Below are positions 26,388 through 37,100 of a stretch of 64,000 bases of DNA, piece by piece. The notes beneath the pieces were generated by a model, which was given only the letters and a program-made list of their open reading frames with translations, was not told where the DNA came from and made no database searches. This DNA is from an uncultured Gammaproteobacteria bacterium (GTDB lineage Bacteria > Patescibacteriota > Microgenomatia > UBA1406 > GWC2-37-13). The first letter of the stretch is position 1. Each line of letters opens with the position of its first letter. The position numbers and the translations under genes were made by a program. The DNA is taken from contig CAZGZD010000001.1 in NCBI GenBank assembly GCA_964530005.1, forward strand, positions 33,541-97,540, written 5' to 3'.

Positions 26388-27872
26388 ATGGCAGAAAGAA
26401 TATTGCGAGAAGTGCGATTTGCAGCTGAGCCTCTCGCCTATCAACAACCTTCCCATGGATTCCAGGCTAGACTACTTCTGGGCAAACGCACGCTTGATCC
26501 ACAGCATCAGGTTGAGGGTGAGATGAAATCTGAGCATTTTGCGACCATTGCGCAGCATGATTACTCACCATTTGAGCGCACATCTCAGGCTGAGCGCAGC
26601 GAATACTGGAACAGTCAGCGCGTTGAGTCAAATGCGCAGGTTGATGCGTGGACTAGCCAACTTGTAAATATTTTTGCGCATCATCAGGATTTTTTCACGA
26701 CCACTGAGGAAGGCCAACGAAGGACACAGTTTCTTGCACAAATAGGAATTGACGCGGCAAACTTCGATTCAGATACTGCACAAAGTATCTACCAAACCTT
26801 TTTTGGAGAAGGCGTTGATGATTCTCTCAAACTATATACCAACATAGTGCTCAGTCTTCATATAGATGAAGGGTCTGGGATGATAGATCAAGCAAGACTC
26901 ACAGATAGCCTTCCAGAAATACTGTGGTTTGCTAGTATATTCGGTGAGAACTCATCCCATATAGTGACTCAGCTCATTGAAGCCGAAACAGCGCTTCAGA
27001 CTGATCGAGATATTTTTATAGAAAGAGGTAACGCTGAAATAAATAATCTCTCAGATTACGAAACGAGTCTGCTTAATTTTGTTATGCAACATGGGTATCG
27101 AGAAGAAGAAGCAAGTCAGGATGATAATCCAAATAGTGTCGCACGTGCAGAAGATTTAGAGCCACAGGAGGTTGCTGAAAGACTTATAGACTACACAACG
27201 GGCAGGCCAACCGGTGAGAAGGTAGATATGTCACAGTCTTTTCCCCAGTTTGTCGAGCTTATTGAAGAACTGGCAGAGCACGAACCTTTGGTCCAGGAAA
27301 AAGCACTCTTGCTTATTACTGACGATACAGCTGCAATGATAGACCGTATAGCACAAGAGGCCAATGATCGCGATCGAGAACTCGGATTTGTTATACGAGG
27401 AGTACATCTTATGCAGGACCCTGGTGATAAAAGATATCTCATCGGAGGATATGTTGCCCCTGCTATGGACTTTGCCACAGCCAAACGAGGTACTACTACC
27501 ACCGATCCTGAATTTGAGCTCGCAAACGCTACTGCTCTCACGCAGAATACGCAACTAACAGAATACCTTGAGGGCAAAGCTGGAATAGATGTGGGCAAAC
27601 TTGTCCTTGTCGGACACATACACCAGGAGGGACTGGGCAAGCACTGGCACACAGAACCGTCTCAGCAAGACTACGAGCAAGTAGAACAGACATTACGCGA
27701 GCGTGGTGGGTCATACCCCTGGGCTGTAGTGACCAAAGCGGATGGCCAGCTTGGAATGCGTGTTTTCTATAGCTATCTGAGAGATGGTGAAGTTCAACAT
27801 GACGAGATTCCATTCACCACCGAATCGGGTATATATCAGATGCTCCAACAAGGCCAGAGAGATGCTGCGTAA
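26388..27872 (+). CDS. Hypothetical protein with a C-terminal JAB/MPN (JAMM)-like metalloprotease domain
   Basis: 494 aa. The C-terminal region reads ELGFVIRG...LVLVGHIHQEGLGKHWHTEPSQQD, which fits E...HxH...SxxD. I do not recognise the N-terminal ~330 aa. Confidence 0.55.
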   Translation: MAERILREVRFAAEPLAYQQPSHGFQARLLLGKRTLDPQHQVEGEMKSEHFATIAQHDYSPFERTSQAERSEYWNSQRVESNAQVDAWTSQLVNIFAHHQDFFTTTEEGQRRTQFLAQIGIDAANFDSDTAQSIYQTFFGEGVDDSLKLYTNIVLSLHIDEGSGMIDQARLTDSLPEILWFASIFGENSSHIVTQLIEAETALQTDRDIFIERGNAEINNLSDYETSLLNFVMQHGYREEEASQDDNPNSVARAEDLEPQEVAERLIDYTTGRPTGEKVDMSQSFPQFVELIEELAEHEPLVQEKALLLITDDTAAMIDRIAQEANDRDRELGFVIRGVHLMQDPGDKRYLIGGYVAPAMDFATAKRGTTTTDPEFELANATALTQNTQLTEYLEGKAGIDVGKLVLVGHIHQEGLGKHWHTEPSQQDYEQVEQTLRERGGSYPWAVVTKADGQLGMRVFYSYLRDGEVQHDEIPFTTESGIYQMLQQGQRDAA

Positions 27873-27944
27873 AAATGACCTTCGTTGACATTACTTCTAC
27901 TCTCGTGCTATCTTTAGACTAAAGTATAGATTTTTATTGTTAAA

Positions 27945-29387
27945 ATGGCAGGACCCACAATACCAGATATCCCCACCTATCGCCCGCCAGAGGCTGCTCC
28001 ACCAACCGAAAATCCATTTCTTGAGGGTATAGCGCGAGTAGGATATAAGGCTAGTCGACATATTCAGGAAGGATTTGGTCAGACTTCAACAAACGATAGA
28101 AAGACAGATAGACAGATAGTGACTGAGGTTGATACAAAAGTCGAGGCAGAGTTGAAAGAAGAACTCGGTAGAATCAGCCCACAAGTGAAATTTTTCGGTG
28201 AAGAAGGAGGGGGTGCGGTGGAGCGAGCTGGAGATCAATGGGTAGTAGATCCGCTGGACGGCACAGAGAATATGCGTGGCTGGCCACACGAGGTCGCAGT
28301 CTCAATCGGACTGCTTCGCAATGGCGAACCTATAGCTGGAGTAATTGTCGATCCTTTGCACAAAAAGGCATATGTTGCCGAAAAAGGGAAAGGAGCATAT
28401 GAGATTACCCTGAACGACGATGGCACTGTAAAAGAAAGAAAAGCGATTAAAGTAAGCGACTGCCCCCAGATTGAAAATACGGCGATGGTCGGGGTGGATA
28501 TATCATCCAATGAAGTGAGTCGAACCAGAGCACTTAAACAACAAAAACTTATCCTAGATGCGAAGGCTCAAAGTGTGAAAATCACGGGCTCACCTGTCGC
28601 TGCACTTGCGGCTGTTGCGGAAGGCTCACTTGATGTCTATATTCGAGAGGCGACAAAAGCTCCAGATCTGATTGCCGGAGTCGCTATTGTTCGCGAAGCA
28701 GGTGGCAAAGTCCTCAACTATGAAGGACGGGAATGGACAGTAGATGATCTGGGAGTCGGGAAAGGAATTATAGCCGGTGGCGAAAAAATTGCCTCAGAGC
28801 TCGCCGTGCTTTTGCAAAAACCAGAAGTCGCTGTAAAAATGGACGAAAAACCAATCGCAGAACAAATCGCAGATGAACATGCTTTTGATCTTGACAAACT
28901 TATACCTGAACTTCAGGTCGCCAAAGCACAAGGCAAAACACTCGTAATTACCAATGGGCATTTCGTACTCCTACACCCAGGTCATGTCGAGAGCTTCCAA
29001 CTAGCACAAGAGGTTCCTGGCGGTAATCCAGAAGACGTTGCTCTTTTAGTTATTGTGAATAATGATAAACAAACAGCTGCAAAAGACCCAGAAAAAGCTA
29101 AATTGCAAGCTGCACAAGATAGAGCAGCTATGGTAGCCAATCAACGCCAAGTGAGCTTTGTGGCAATATCAGGATCCGAAGATGCTTCTGTTGTAGCCGA
29201 CATCCAAACTCTTATTGATAATGGATTGGTTGACGGAGATACAATGTATGTAAAGGGCGGAGACTATAATATGGGTGACAATATTCCTCCTGAGGCCGAA
29301 CTTATACAAAAAGCCGGGGGGAGATTTTTGCTTCAAAGCAGAAGTGGGAAGTGGTCAACAACAGAACTTATGCACAAGTTGGGATAG
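27945..29387 (+). CDS. Fusion of an inositol-monophosphatase-family phosphatase with an HldC/RfaE-domain-II-like (HIGH-motif) nucleotidyltransferase
   Basis: The N-terminal half has FFGEEGGG, WVVDPLDGTENM and DLIAGVAIVREAGG (IMPase motifs). The C-terminal half has LVITNGHFVLLHPGHV (HxGH) and ends VKGGDYNMGDNIPPEAELIQKAGGRFLLQSRSGKWSTTELMHKL, very like heptose-1-P adenylyltransferase. Confidence 0.75.
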   Translation: MAGPTIPDIPTYRPPEAAPPTENPFLEGIARVGYKASRHIQEGFGQTSTNDRKTDRQIVTEVDTKVEAELKEELGRISPQVKFFGEEGGGAVERAGDQWVVDPLDGTENMRGWPHEVAVSIGLLRNGEPIAGVIVDPLHKKAYVAEKGKGAYEITLNDDGTVKERKAIKVSDCPQIENTAMVGVDISSNEVSRTRALKQQKLILDAKAQSVKITGSPVAALAAVAEGSLDVYIREATKAPDLIAGVAIVREAGGKVLNYEGREWTVDDLGVGKGIIAGGEKIASELAVLLQKPEVAVKMDEKPIAEQIADEHAFDLDKLIPELQVAKAQGKTLVITNGHFVLLHPGHVESFQLAQEVPGGNPEDVALLVIVNNDKQTAAKDPEKAKLQAAQDRAAMVANQRQVSFVAISGSEDASVVADIQTLIDNGLVDGDTMYVKGGDYNMGDNIPPEAELIQKAGGRFLLQSRSGKWSTTELMHKLG

Positions 29388-29391
29388 TTCC

Positions 29392-31083
29392 TTAGGAAAA
29401 TTCTCGAGTAAAATATCTCACAATGCTATCCCGTCGAGAAATAAGGGTTTGTGCTACAAAATCACTCAGTGAATCAACCTCTCCATCTTGAAGTTTTTGC
29501 TGCAAAGCCTCAAACTGTCGCTGAGCACCGCTCGTCCACTCCACGTCCCGTGCATATTTTGCATTACCCTTAGCTGTAGGATCATCGGCTACTTTTGTTG
29601 CAAGTTTTTGTTGTTGAGCCTTAATCATCTCCAGGTATAGCTGAACCTGTGCGATTGATCCGTCCTTATCCTGTGGATATTCGGCAGCCGCGACAGCCTC
29701 TCTAATCTCGCCATCTCCCACCCGCCTCAAGCGCTCAACTTGCTGCGATATAAGACCCTTATCTTTTACCACTATTTGCCCAGAGTCGCGACCACCTTCA
29801 ACGGTCAATACTTGTGCGTATGCTTCATTTACCGGCACATCTCCATTGGGATCTGCATCTGGTATAGTGCGCACAATATCCCACAGATTCTGTGTTGTTA
29901 ATTCAGCAGGGAACTCTTTTACTCCCCCAGTTGCACGGGCATATAAAGCACCACCATGGTCGATAAAAGCAACCTTATCACCCTTCATCATTACATTGTG
30001 CGGGCGCCTATTGTACTGATTGTGCCAGATATCAACCAAAAGTCCTTCCTTAAGGATCGGGCTATCATGATACGCCTCAGATAATACAAAAGGATCAACC
30101 TCCTCAGTGTATGCTTCCAGAAAACCAACAACAAGGACTTTCTCTCCATCTACTTCCTGAATTGTCGTCTCTGGTACTGGTATGCCCATAGAGCGCATAA
30201 GTCTGTTCTCCACTACCTCAGCCTGAAGGGTATGGATCGGTGCTCGTTTGACTATAAATCGCCTACCTTCTGCAGTCTTCCATATCTCAACGCCGTGAGA
30301 TGCCTGCTGCATGTCCTTACCCTCAACTAATCGTCTGTCAAGTTTTGCGTGAGCAATATCAATAAAATCAGGATTAAGCTGTGCTCTGTCTTTTATGATT
30401 CCGCGACTTACAGCCTGCTGCAGTACCCATTCTCGAAGTTTTGTATTGTCGGCTAGAAGTTTATCGGCAAAAACACCAGAATTTGCTGCCCCTTGAGGAT
30501 CTACACTTTGAAGTAGAAGATTGAGCTTTTGTTGTAAAGCTTCGGTCGACAGTCCTGTATTTATGGTCTGAATTTTGACCTGGCCATTTATCACACGAAT
30601 TCTATTTTTGACAGGATTCTGATCGGCGCTCTTGGCTCCTTCTGTATGAGTCCATTCCAACTTTGGCGACTGCCCCCATTGATCAGCACGCACAGCATAT
30701 GCCAGGACGCTCAATTCTGGTGAGACAGTCAGATCTGTCGCAATACCAAGTTTTTTAAGCTCAATCAACACCTCTTCCAGCTGCGGCACTACCTGTCTGT
30801 CAACTTTTTGATAAAGCAATTTTGCCTCAAGTGTCTGGTGCATTTGATCAATCGCATCTTCATCTATAGCTCCTTCTTGTTGACCTCTTACTCTTTTACC
30901 TAAAAGGTCTTCAAAAGGCTTGATGTATCGAGTCTCTCCTTGACGGGCTATATGCATAGTAATTTTGTCTGCAGACGTAGGAAGGCGCATATTCTCCCCC
31001 TCAGGAGCTTGAGCAACTGCTTTGGGCGGAGGCCGATTATCTGGTCTTGGAGGCATTGAAATTTCTGTTCTAATATCTGTCAT
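29392..31083 (-). CDS. Atypical kinase-like protein (PI3/PI4-kinase-type or AFK-type catalytic loop)
   Basis: 563 aa. Candidate motifs are RFIVKRAP (beta3 Lys), LQAEVVENRL (alphaC Glu), LLVDIWHNQYNRRPHNVMM (catalytic D...N) and VAFIDHGGAL (DFG-equivalent). An alternative ATG at 31056 gives MPPRPDNRPPP. Confidence 0.5.
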   Translation of the reverse strand: MTDIRTEISMPPRPDNRPPPKAVAQAPEGENMRLPTSADKITMHIARQGETRYIKPFEDLLGKRVRGQQEGAIDEDAIDQMHQTLEAKLLYQKVDRQVVPQLEEVLIELKKLGIATDLTVSPELSVLAYAVRADQWGQSPKLEWTHTEGAKSADQNPVKNRIRVINGQVKIQTINTGLSTEALQQKLNLLLQSVDPQGAANSGVFADKLLADNTKLREWVLQQAVSRGIIKDRAQLNPDFIDIAHAKLDRRLVEGKDMQQASHGVEIWKTAEGRRFIVKRAPIHTLQAEVVENRLMRSMGIPVPETTIQEVDGEKVLVVGFLEAYTEEVDPFVLSEAYHDSPILKEGLLVDIWHNQYNRRPHNVMMKGDKVAFIDHGGALYARATGGVKEFPAELTTQNLWDIVRTIPDADPNGDVPVNEAYAQVLTVEGGRDSGQIVVKDKGLISQQVERLRRVGDGEIREAVAAAEYPQDKDGSIAQVQLYLEMIKAQQQKLATKVADDPTAKGNAKYARDVEWTSGAQRQFEALQQKLQDGEVDSLSDFVAQTLISRRDSIVRYFTREFS

Positions 31084-31103
31084 GTGAATTAGAGATGCTT
31101 AAT

Positions 31104-34100
31104 TTATATTTGTGGCTCAAATCGTTCACCTGTCCCATACGGCCCGTGCTGGTAGTCATAATGTTCCAGACCGGCGAAGAATTCCCGAATCTTAGCATCT
31201 CGATCATCTAGATCCTTCCATGTATATCGAGGAGCTTCTGTTCCCTCGGGAATAATGTAGAATCCGCGTGCTGGAGTACGCCTCATTCCCATGCGCTCAC
31301 CTGGTTTATAATCAAGCGTGGGGAATGCTGCTTGATAAAGCTCCTCAAGTGCATCCGGATTCTCCCGCACCGCCCCCAGCAGCTTATTCAGCTCTACCTC
31401 CGACATCTCATACTCCACATAAGCCGGAGTGAAAGTCCCCTCAGCACGACTATCAGGGGCTTTATCATCCTGGAAAAACTCCATCCTCAGGATCTTATTA
31501 CCCTCAACCGTTGAGGGCATAATTCGCACATACTGTTGATCAACCAACTCAGACAAACGTTTTCTTGCTTTATATACATCATTCAGAACTTCATTTACCG
31601 TATCAACTCGTCCATCTCGTACATAATTCAGCCAGTCTGGCCCATGATCAGAAAAATGACCTTCACTTCGAGCGGTTACTTCTTTTGGTACCTTACCTCC
31701 ACTTGTCTCACCTACATACGTGCCAGCCGGGAGCTTACCGTGGACGTTTTTCCCCGGTATCTTGATCTCTACCTCTTCACCCAGGTCGACTGTAGCTTCG
31801 GCGGCTGTGGGCGCACCTTCGGCAGATGCTGGCTGAGGCGTGACGATTTCTTTCTTGTCAGCCTTTGGTAAATTCAGGGACTTAAAATGCTCTCTTAGTC
31901 CATAAGATCTTTCTAAGACTGATTCAGAAATTGTTTGGATATTCGGATATTCCGGATCGATTTGTAAAGGTCGATTTACGTGACCATCTCTTCTTCTCTC
32001 GCTTCTATCATATTCAGGATATTTCGCTTTAAAAACATCCAATAGAATAGATGGATCTTTTGCCAAAATTGGGTTAAGCCGACTAGAATCTTCAGCTGGC
32101 AAAACTATGGCATAATCTGTATGTGAATGACCTCGAGAATCACCCTGTCTATCGTTAAAAGTAACTACAAATACAGACTCACCTTTTTTAGTACTGAGAC
32201 CAATTATCCGGGCATTAAATTCAGGTCCATTTTTCTCCTCATCAACAAAAGCTATTGACCATACTTGTTCACCCGTCAATGCACTCTCAATTATGCCCGC
32301 AGCTTGGCCATCTGTAAAAACTACCCCATGCCCCATAGGTCCTCCAGCAAATCTACCAAGAATGCCATGGGAATATTTGTGATCTGGATCCGTGACTAAC
32401 TCATTGACAGTGGCTGTGCGATCCTCAACAGTAAGAGGACTTTCTGGAATTGAGATAGTAGACTCAGCGGGTACGACTGGTTCGGCTACAAGTGGAGATA
32501 CTGGCATTTCTTCATCTGGACTTGCTGGCATGTGTGTAGCGACAGGTGCTGTGGCCTCAACAGCTATTGTATCCTCAGTGCGAGGAGCTATATATTTGGC
32601 TGCAACAGCCGACATATTTGCTATTCCCTCCTTGGAAAGAACGCTATATCCGATCAGTCGACTCACGACATCTCGGGGAGCAATATCTCGAGTGACAAGT
32701 TCTTGTATTACCTCATGGTAGGGCTTCTCAATTCCATCCCACAGTCCATCGGTCGTCAATACAATCTGCTCAATGTCATCGAGCTTGCCATTGAAAAATT
32801 CGGGGTTGGTGTCTGGCGACTTGAAGCCAAGGCACTTGCTTAGAAGAGCCACACCATCAACATCCACCTCGTGTGCGTCAGTCGTGAGCTGCTCGGCAGA
32901 TCCAGCGGATACCTTATATGCACGCGAATCGCCTAGATTGGCTCCTATATAACTACCATCATCGTTGAGCACGACGACGACGAGAGTGCTGGCTCCATCT
33001 ATGCCTTCATCACGATTGGCTAATTCAATGTGCTTTTGTGTTGTCCGAACTGCCTCGCGAAGAGCCTCTTCTGAACTCAGCCCCGCATCTTTTGCTGCGC
33101 TATAGTGCTCACTTATTGTATCCACAGTGATCTGACTGGCACGCTCACCTCCACTGTGACGACCTACGCCATCAGCTGCAATAAGCACTGTCTGACCATA
33201 AGTATCAAGTCGCAGGACTTTCACCCTATCTTGATTAGCTTGCTGCTCACCTTGCTCAGTACCGCTTACTACAATATATGGTCCTTGCCATCCCCAATCG
33301 ATTTCTTCTGCATTAGGCCGATCATTCAACTTAAAGGCTTTTATTCTGTCTGTCAAAATAAATTCATCTACCGTCGATGCGGCTTCTGTTGGCCTGTGAA
33401 TTACATCATCCCCTACCCGACCAAGGTTGCGCACGCTACGAGTTACTTTTCCTGCTACCCCCTTTGCCATACTTACTCCAGTCCTGAGTCGCGATTTTTT
33501 ACCTTTTTTTTCTAACTTTCTCAGAATTTTTTTTAATTCTTTGTCACTTGTTCGTCTATCACTTACTTCAGCCGTATCTTGGTCGAAAAACGTAGCTCCG
33601 TCGCCAGCTGGCTCTCGATCTGTTCGTATGGTAGCTGGCGTTTCGGTGACGGATGCCGGGGTAACACCGGGTTCTGTATGAAATCTGTTTATATCAGCAT
33701 CAGCCTCGGCGGATGAGGTATCGGCTGGCGTACCGGTAGTGCCTGTATCTCCCTCAATAAGATCATCTCCTCCTAGATCTTCTACATTAAACTCAGTCGA
33801 GCGACGAGATGCGGCTTCGCTGGTTTGATCCACCGTTGCGGCGCTTGACTCGCGCGGATTTTCGGTACGCACTATTACTGCCTCCTCAAGATCGGGATCT
33901 AAGACAACATCTGCCTCCAGATTCACGCCTTGTCCACGAAAACTCTCAAGCGATTCCTGACTATCTTTAATAAATTGATTTACCGCATTGATTTCATCTG
34001 CGAATTCTTTGGGATTCTTGGGCACCTCCAACTCGCCTCTATAGTCGGCTACTGTACCGGCGACCTCGGCTATAATCTGCTCCCATCGATACAACTCGTA

Positions 34101-37100
34101 TACTCTCTCTGGCACCATCACTGCGGCTTTGCTGCTTCCTGCTGTGATTTTGCGAATCTCGTTGGATTTGGGATCACTGTTTGGGTATATATATACTTCT
34201 GAAGAATTTACATTTGTCATATTTATACCTTCTGCCTCCTCAACCACAGATTGAAATACAGACCATAGCGGTTCATTGGCCGCAAACACCATATGAAGAT
34301 TGCGTGCCTGTGCTACAAATCGGTCGAGCTGTGCGAGTTCGGCATCTGTAAGATGTACTGTATCTTTGAATCGCGCTACACTATCCCCCTCGGGCTTGTG
34401 AATAGACTTTTGCCATATCTGTGTCAACAGATCTGAATCCCAGTCTTGTGTAAGTACTCGATCGACCGGAAGCACACGCTCTTTGGCTAGTTCTGGTGAC
34501 TGCTCAGACCCCGTATGGGAGGATTCGGGTTGAGTACCATCGGATGCTATGCGCATCGTGGCAACAGCCAGATCATCATCTGGGGCAGATCGCAGTGCGT
34601 TTTTGCCAGCTACTTCCCTGGCTTCACGAATAATCATATCCGCCAGATATGCCGGATCATCCCCATATCCTTCACCAACTCCTGCGCCGCTGAGACGTTT
34701 GACTGTATCTTGAGTGAGATTAAGTTTTATACCACGAGACATTATCAAAATCTCACTATCTTGAGGAGTAAGGTCAACATTGTGTATGCTGGGACTAAGC
34801 TCTGCACCAAAGAACATACCCAATAGTCTTCGCTGAGTAAAGTAATCACGAGCATTCTCTGTTCTACTTGGTAGGTAGGATCGAAGCTGGCCTTGTCGTG
34901 TATTTGTATCCAACTGCTTACGATAATACTCGTATTGCTTGCGCGTGATCTTGCCTTGCATAAGATCCAAGCGCAGCTGATCATCGTCCTGTGTAATCTG
35001 TCGAAGCTCGCCTTGACCTGTACGAGCATATGCCGCACCGGTGCCAAGGTGCATGATCACGGCAGAGGGAACCTCTTCACCATTTACGACTCGTGTATAA
35101 AGCTGTACTACAGTCCCACCTATGGACATGCGTGGCTCTTGATCTGCACCTATTATATTGGGTATAAGCGCAAGCTCGCGACCGATTTCTGCTTGAATCT
35201 GCAGATATGCCCGTTCAATCTGTGCTTCCGAGGGATTCGCTGGAAGCTGGGTAAGGATCCGGGTGGTGACATCAGCTGCTTTGGTAGCAATCTCTTGTTG
35301 ACGCGGTAGGTCTGGATTGCGCTCCCCAGAATCAAACATTGCGGTGAATCCTCGAACGGAATCTTGTGCCACAACTACTTCTTGTCTGTCTGGATGATTC
35401 TTGGCAGACTCTATTTTGTACACAGAAGCATGACCTTCATGACTCTTTTCTGATGTAACACGCAAAGCTCGAGCATCCTCAGGCTGGCCTTTTAGTTCAG
35501 GAAATCCATCATTCAACGTGACTGTCTCATGACCTGGCGACGTCTCCCCATACGAGCCAACTCGAGATCTTTCTATCTCCACGAGTACTTCCTTGGCATC
35601 GGGAGTAAGTGTGGGCGCTGCAAGCTCGCCTCGAGGCAGAACGTGAACAATGGCCTTTGACGCTTCAGGAGATGGTTGCGCCTCGGGTTCGAGCTCGACA
35701 ACAGTCGCCCCATCCGCACCTGAAACTGTTGATTCAGCAGGTGCAACTGATCCTGCTTCATCTGTTGATGGTGTTGCGCCTGTGCGGATTGTTACTGGGG
35801 TTTCGACTATGGGGGCTGCGACTGCTGGAGGAGGAGGCACTACTATGGCATCGGCATCCCCGGCTGTCGTGGACGGAGTGACGGGAACTACTGGTGGTAC
35901 AGTTGACTCAGGGATTGCAGTTTCAGTTTGTTCAACCGGCTCACTTAGTGGAGTTGCTGGTACTGTATCTCTGGGAGTTTCTCCAGTTGTTGCTGTTGCT
36001 TCGTGTGATGTTTGCGAAGGCGGTGTTGTTATCGTAGGAGTCGATGACAACTTCTTGACAATCACGATCGTCGTGTTGTCTGCGCCACCTGCCTCATTGG
36101 CTGCCATAATCGCGCTACGAACCATATCTTTTGGAGTATCCGACATCACGGCAAATCTCCAGATTTCTGTTGTGGGATCATGCCTTGTACTAGCCCACAG
36201 TCCATCTGAGGTAAGAAGTAAGTGCGCTTCGTCATTAAGCTTTCCTGGGAATATATCCACATCTACAGTCGGCTTATGCCCTATTGCTCTTGTGAGGGTG
36301 CTGCTTCGCTCATGAGTATATGCTTCCTCTTGAGTAATGCGACCCATATCTGCAAGCTCTTGAGCAACAGAATGGTCTTTGGTGATCTGAGATACTGCAG
36401 TCATCTCACCGATGGTATATCCACGGGAGTCACCAACGTTGGCAAGTAAATAGGATCCATCGTCTTTTAGAACCGCAGCAACTACTGTGGTACCCATTCC
36501 GCGAAGGTCTGGATTGCTTTGTCCCTCTTGGTAGACTGCTTCATTTGCTCGCTCGATCGCCACACGCAAAGCCTCCTCTTCGGCCATGCCGCTTATTCGA
36601 AGAGCCGTATATTCCTCCCGCACCTTTTTTGTGGCAATTCCACTCGCTTCAGCTCCTCCTCTGTGGCCACCCATACCGTCGGCAAGGATAAAAAGGCTCT
36701 CACCTAAATCATTTAGTCTGGTTTGAGTGAATTGGTCCTGATTATTTTTTCTCACTCGCCCCTTATCTGTTCCGGCAGCCCATAGATAAGGTCCCATCTC
36801 ACCCGACTCAACTCTGTCTCTTGCGTCTTTTGCCCCTTCAGTCGTCTCAACTGTAGCAGGTGCTTCCGTTGAAGACGATGGCGCTTCTTCTCGAGCCCCT
36901 GGTTTTCTTCTGGCTTTCTCCTCTCTCCTCACCCTTATTCTCTCTCTTCGAGTAGTAGGCGTGATGTCTGTCACTGAAGCATCTCCCGTATCTATCACTG
37001 ACGGCTCACTGGGTGGAGTTGATGGTTCTGTTGGAGCTGTGGGCTCGGGCACTACAGTTTCAGTTGGTTCAGGTGGCGGAGGAGGCGCTACTGTGACATC

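Noticed and set aside
27912-27924. 13-bp palindrome ctttag-a-ctaaag upstream of the IMPase/HldC gene
   Set aside because: It is short and AT-rich, so chance occurrence is likely. There is no second copy elsewhere in the locus to suggest an operator.
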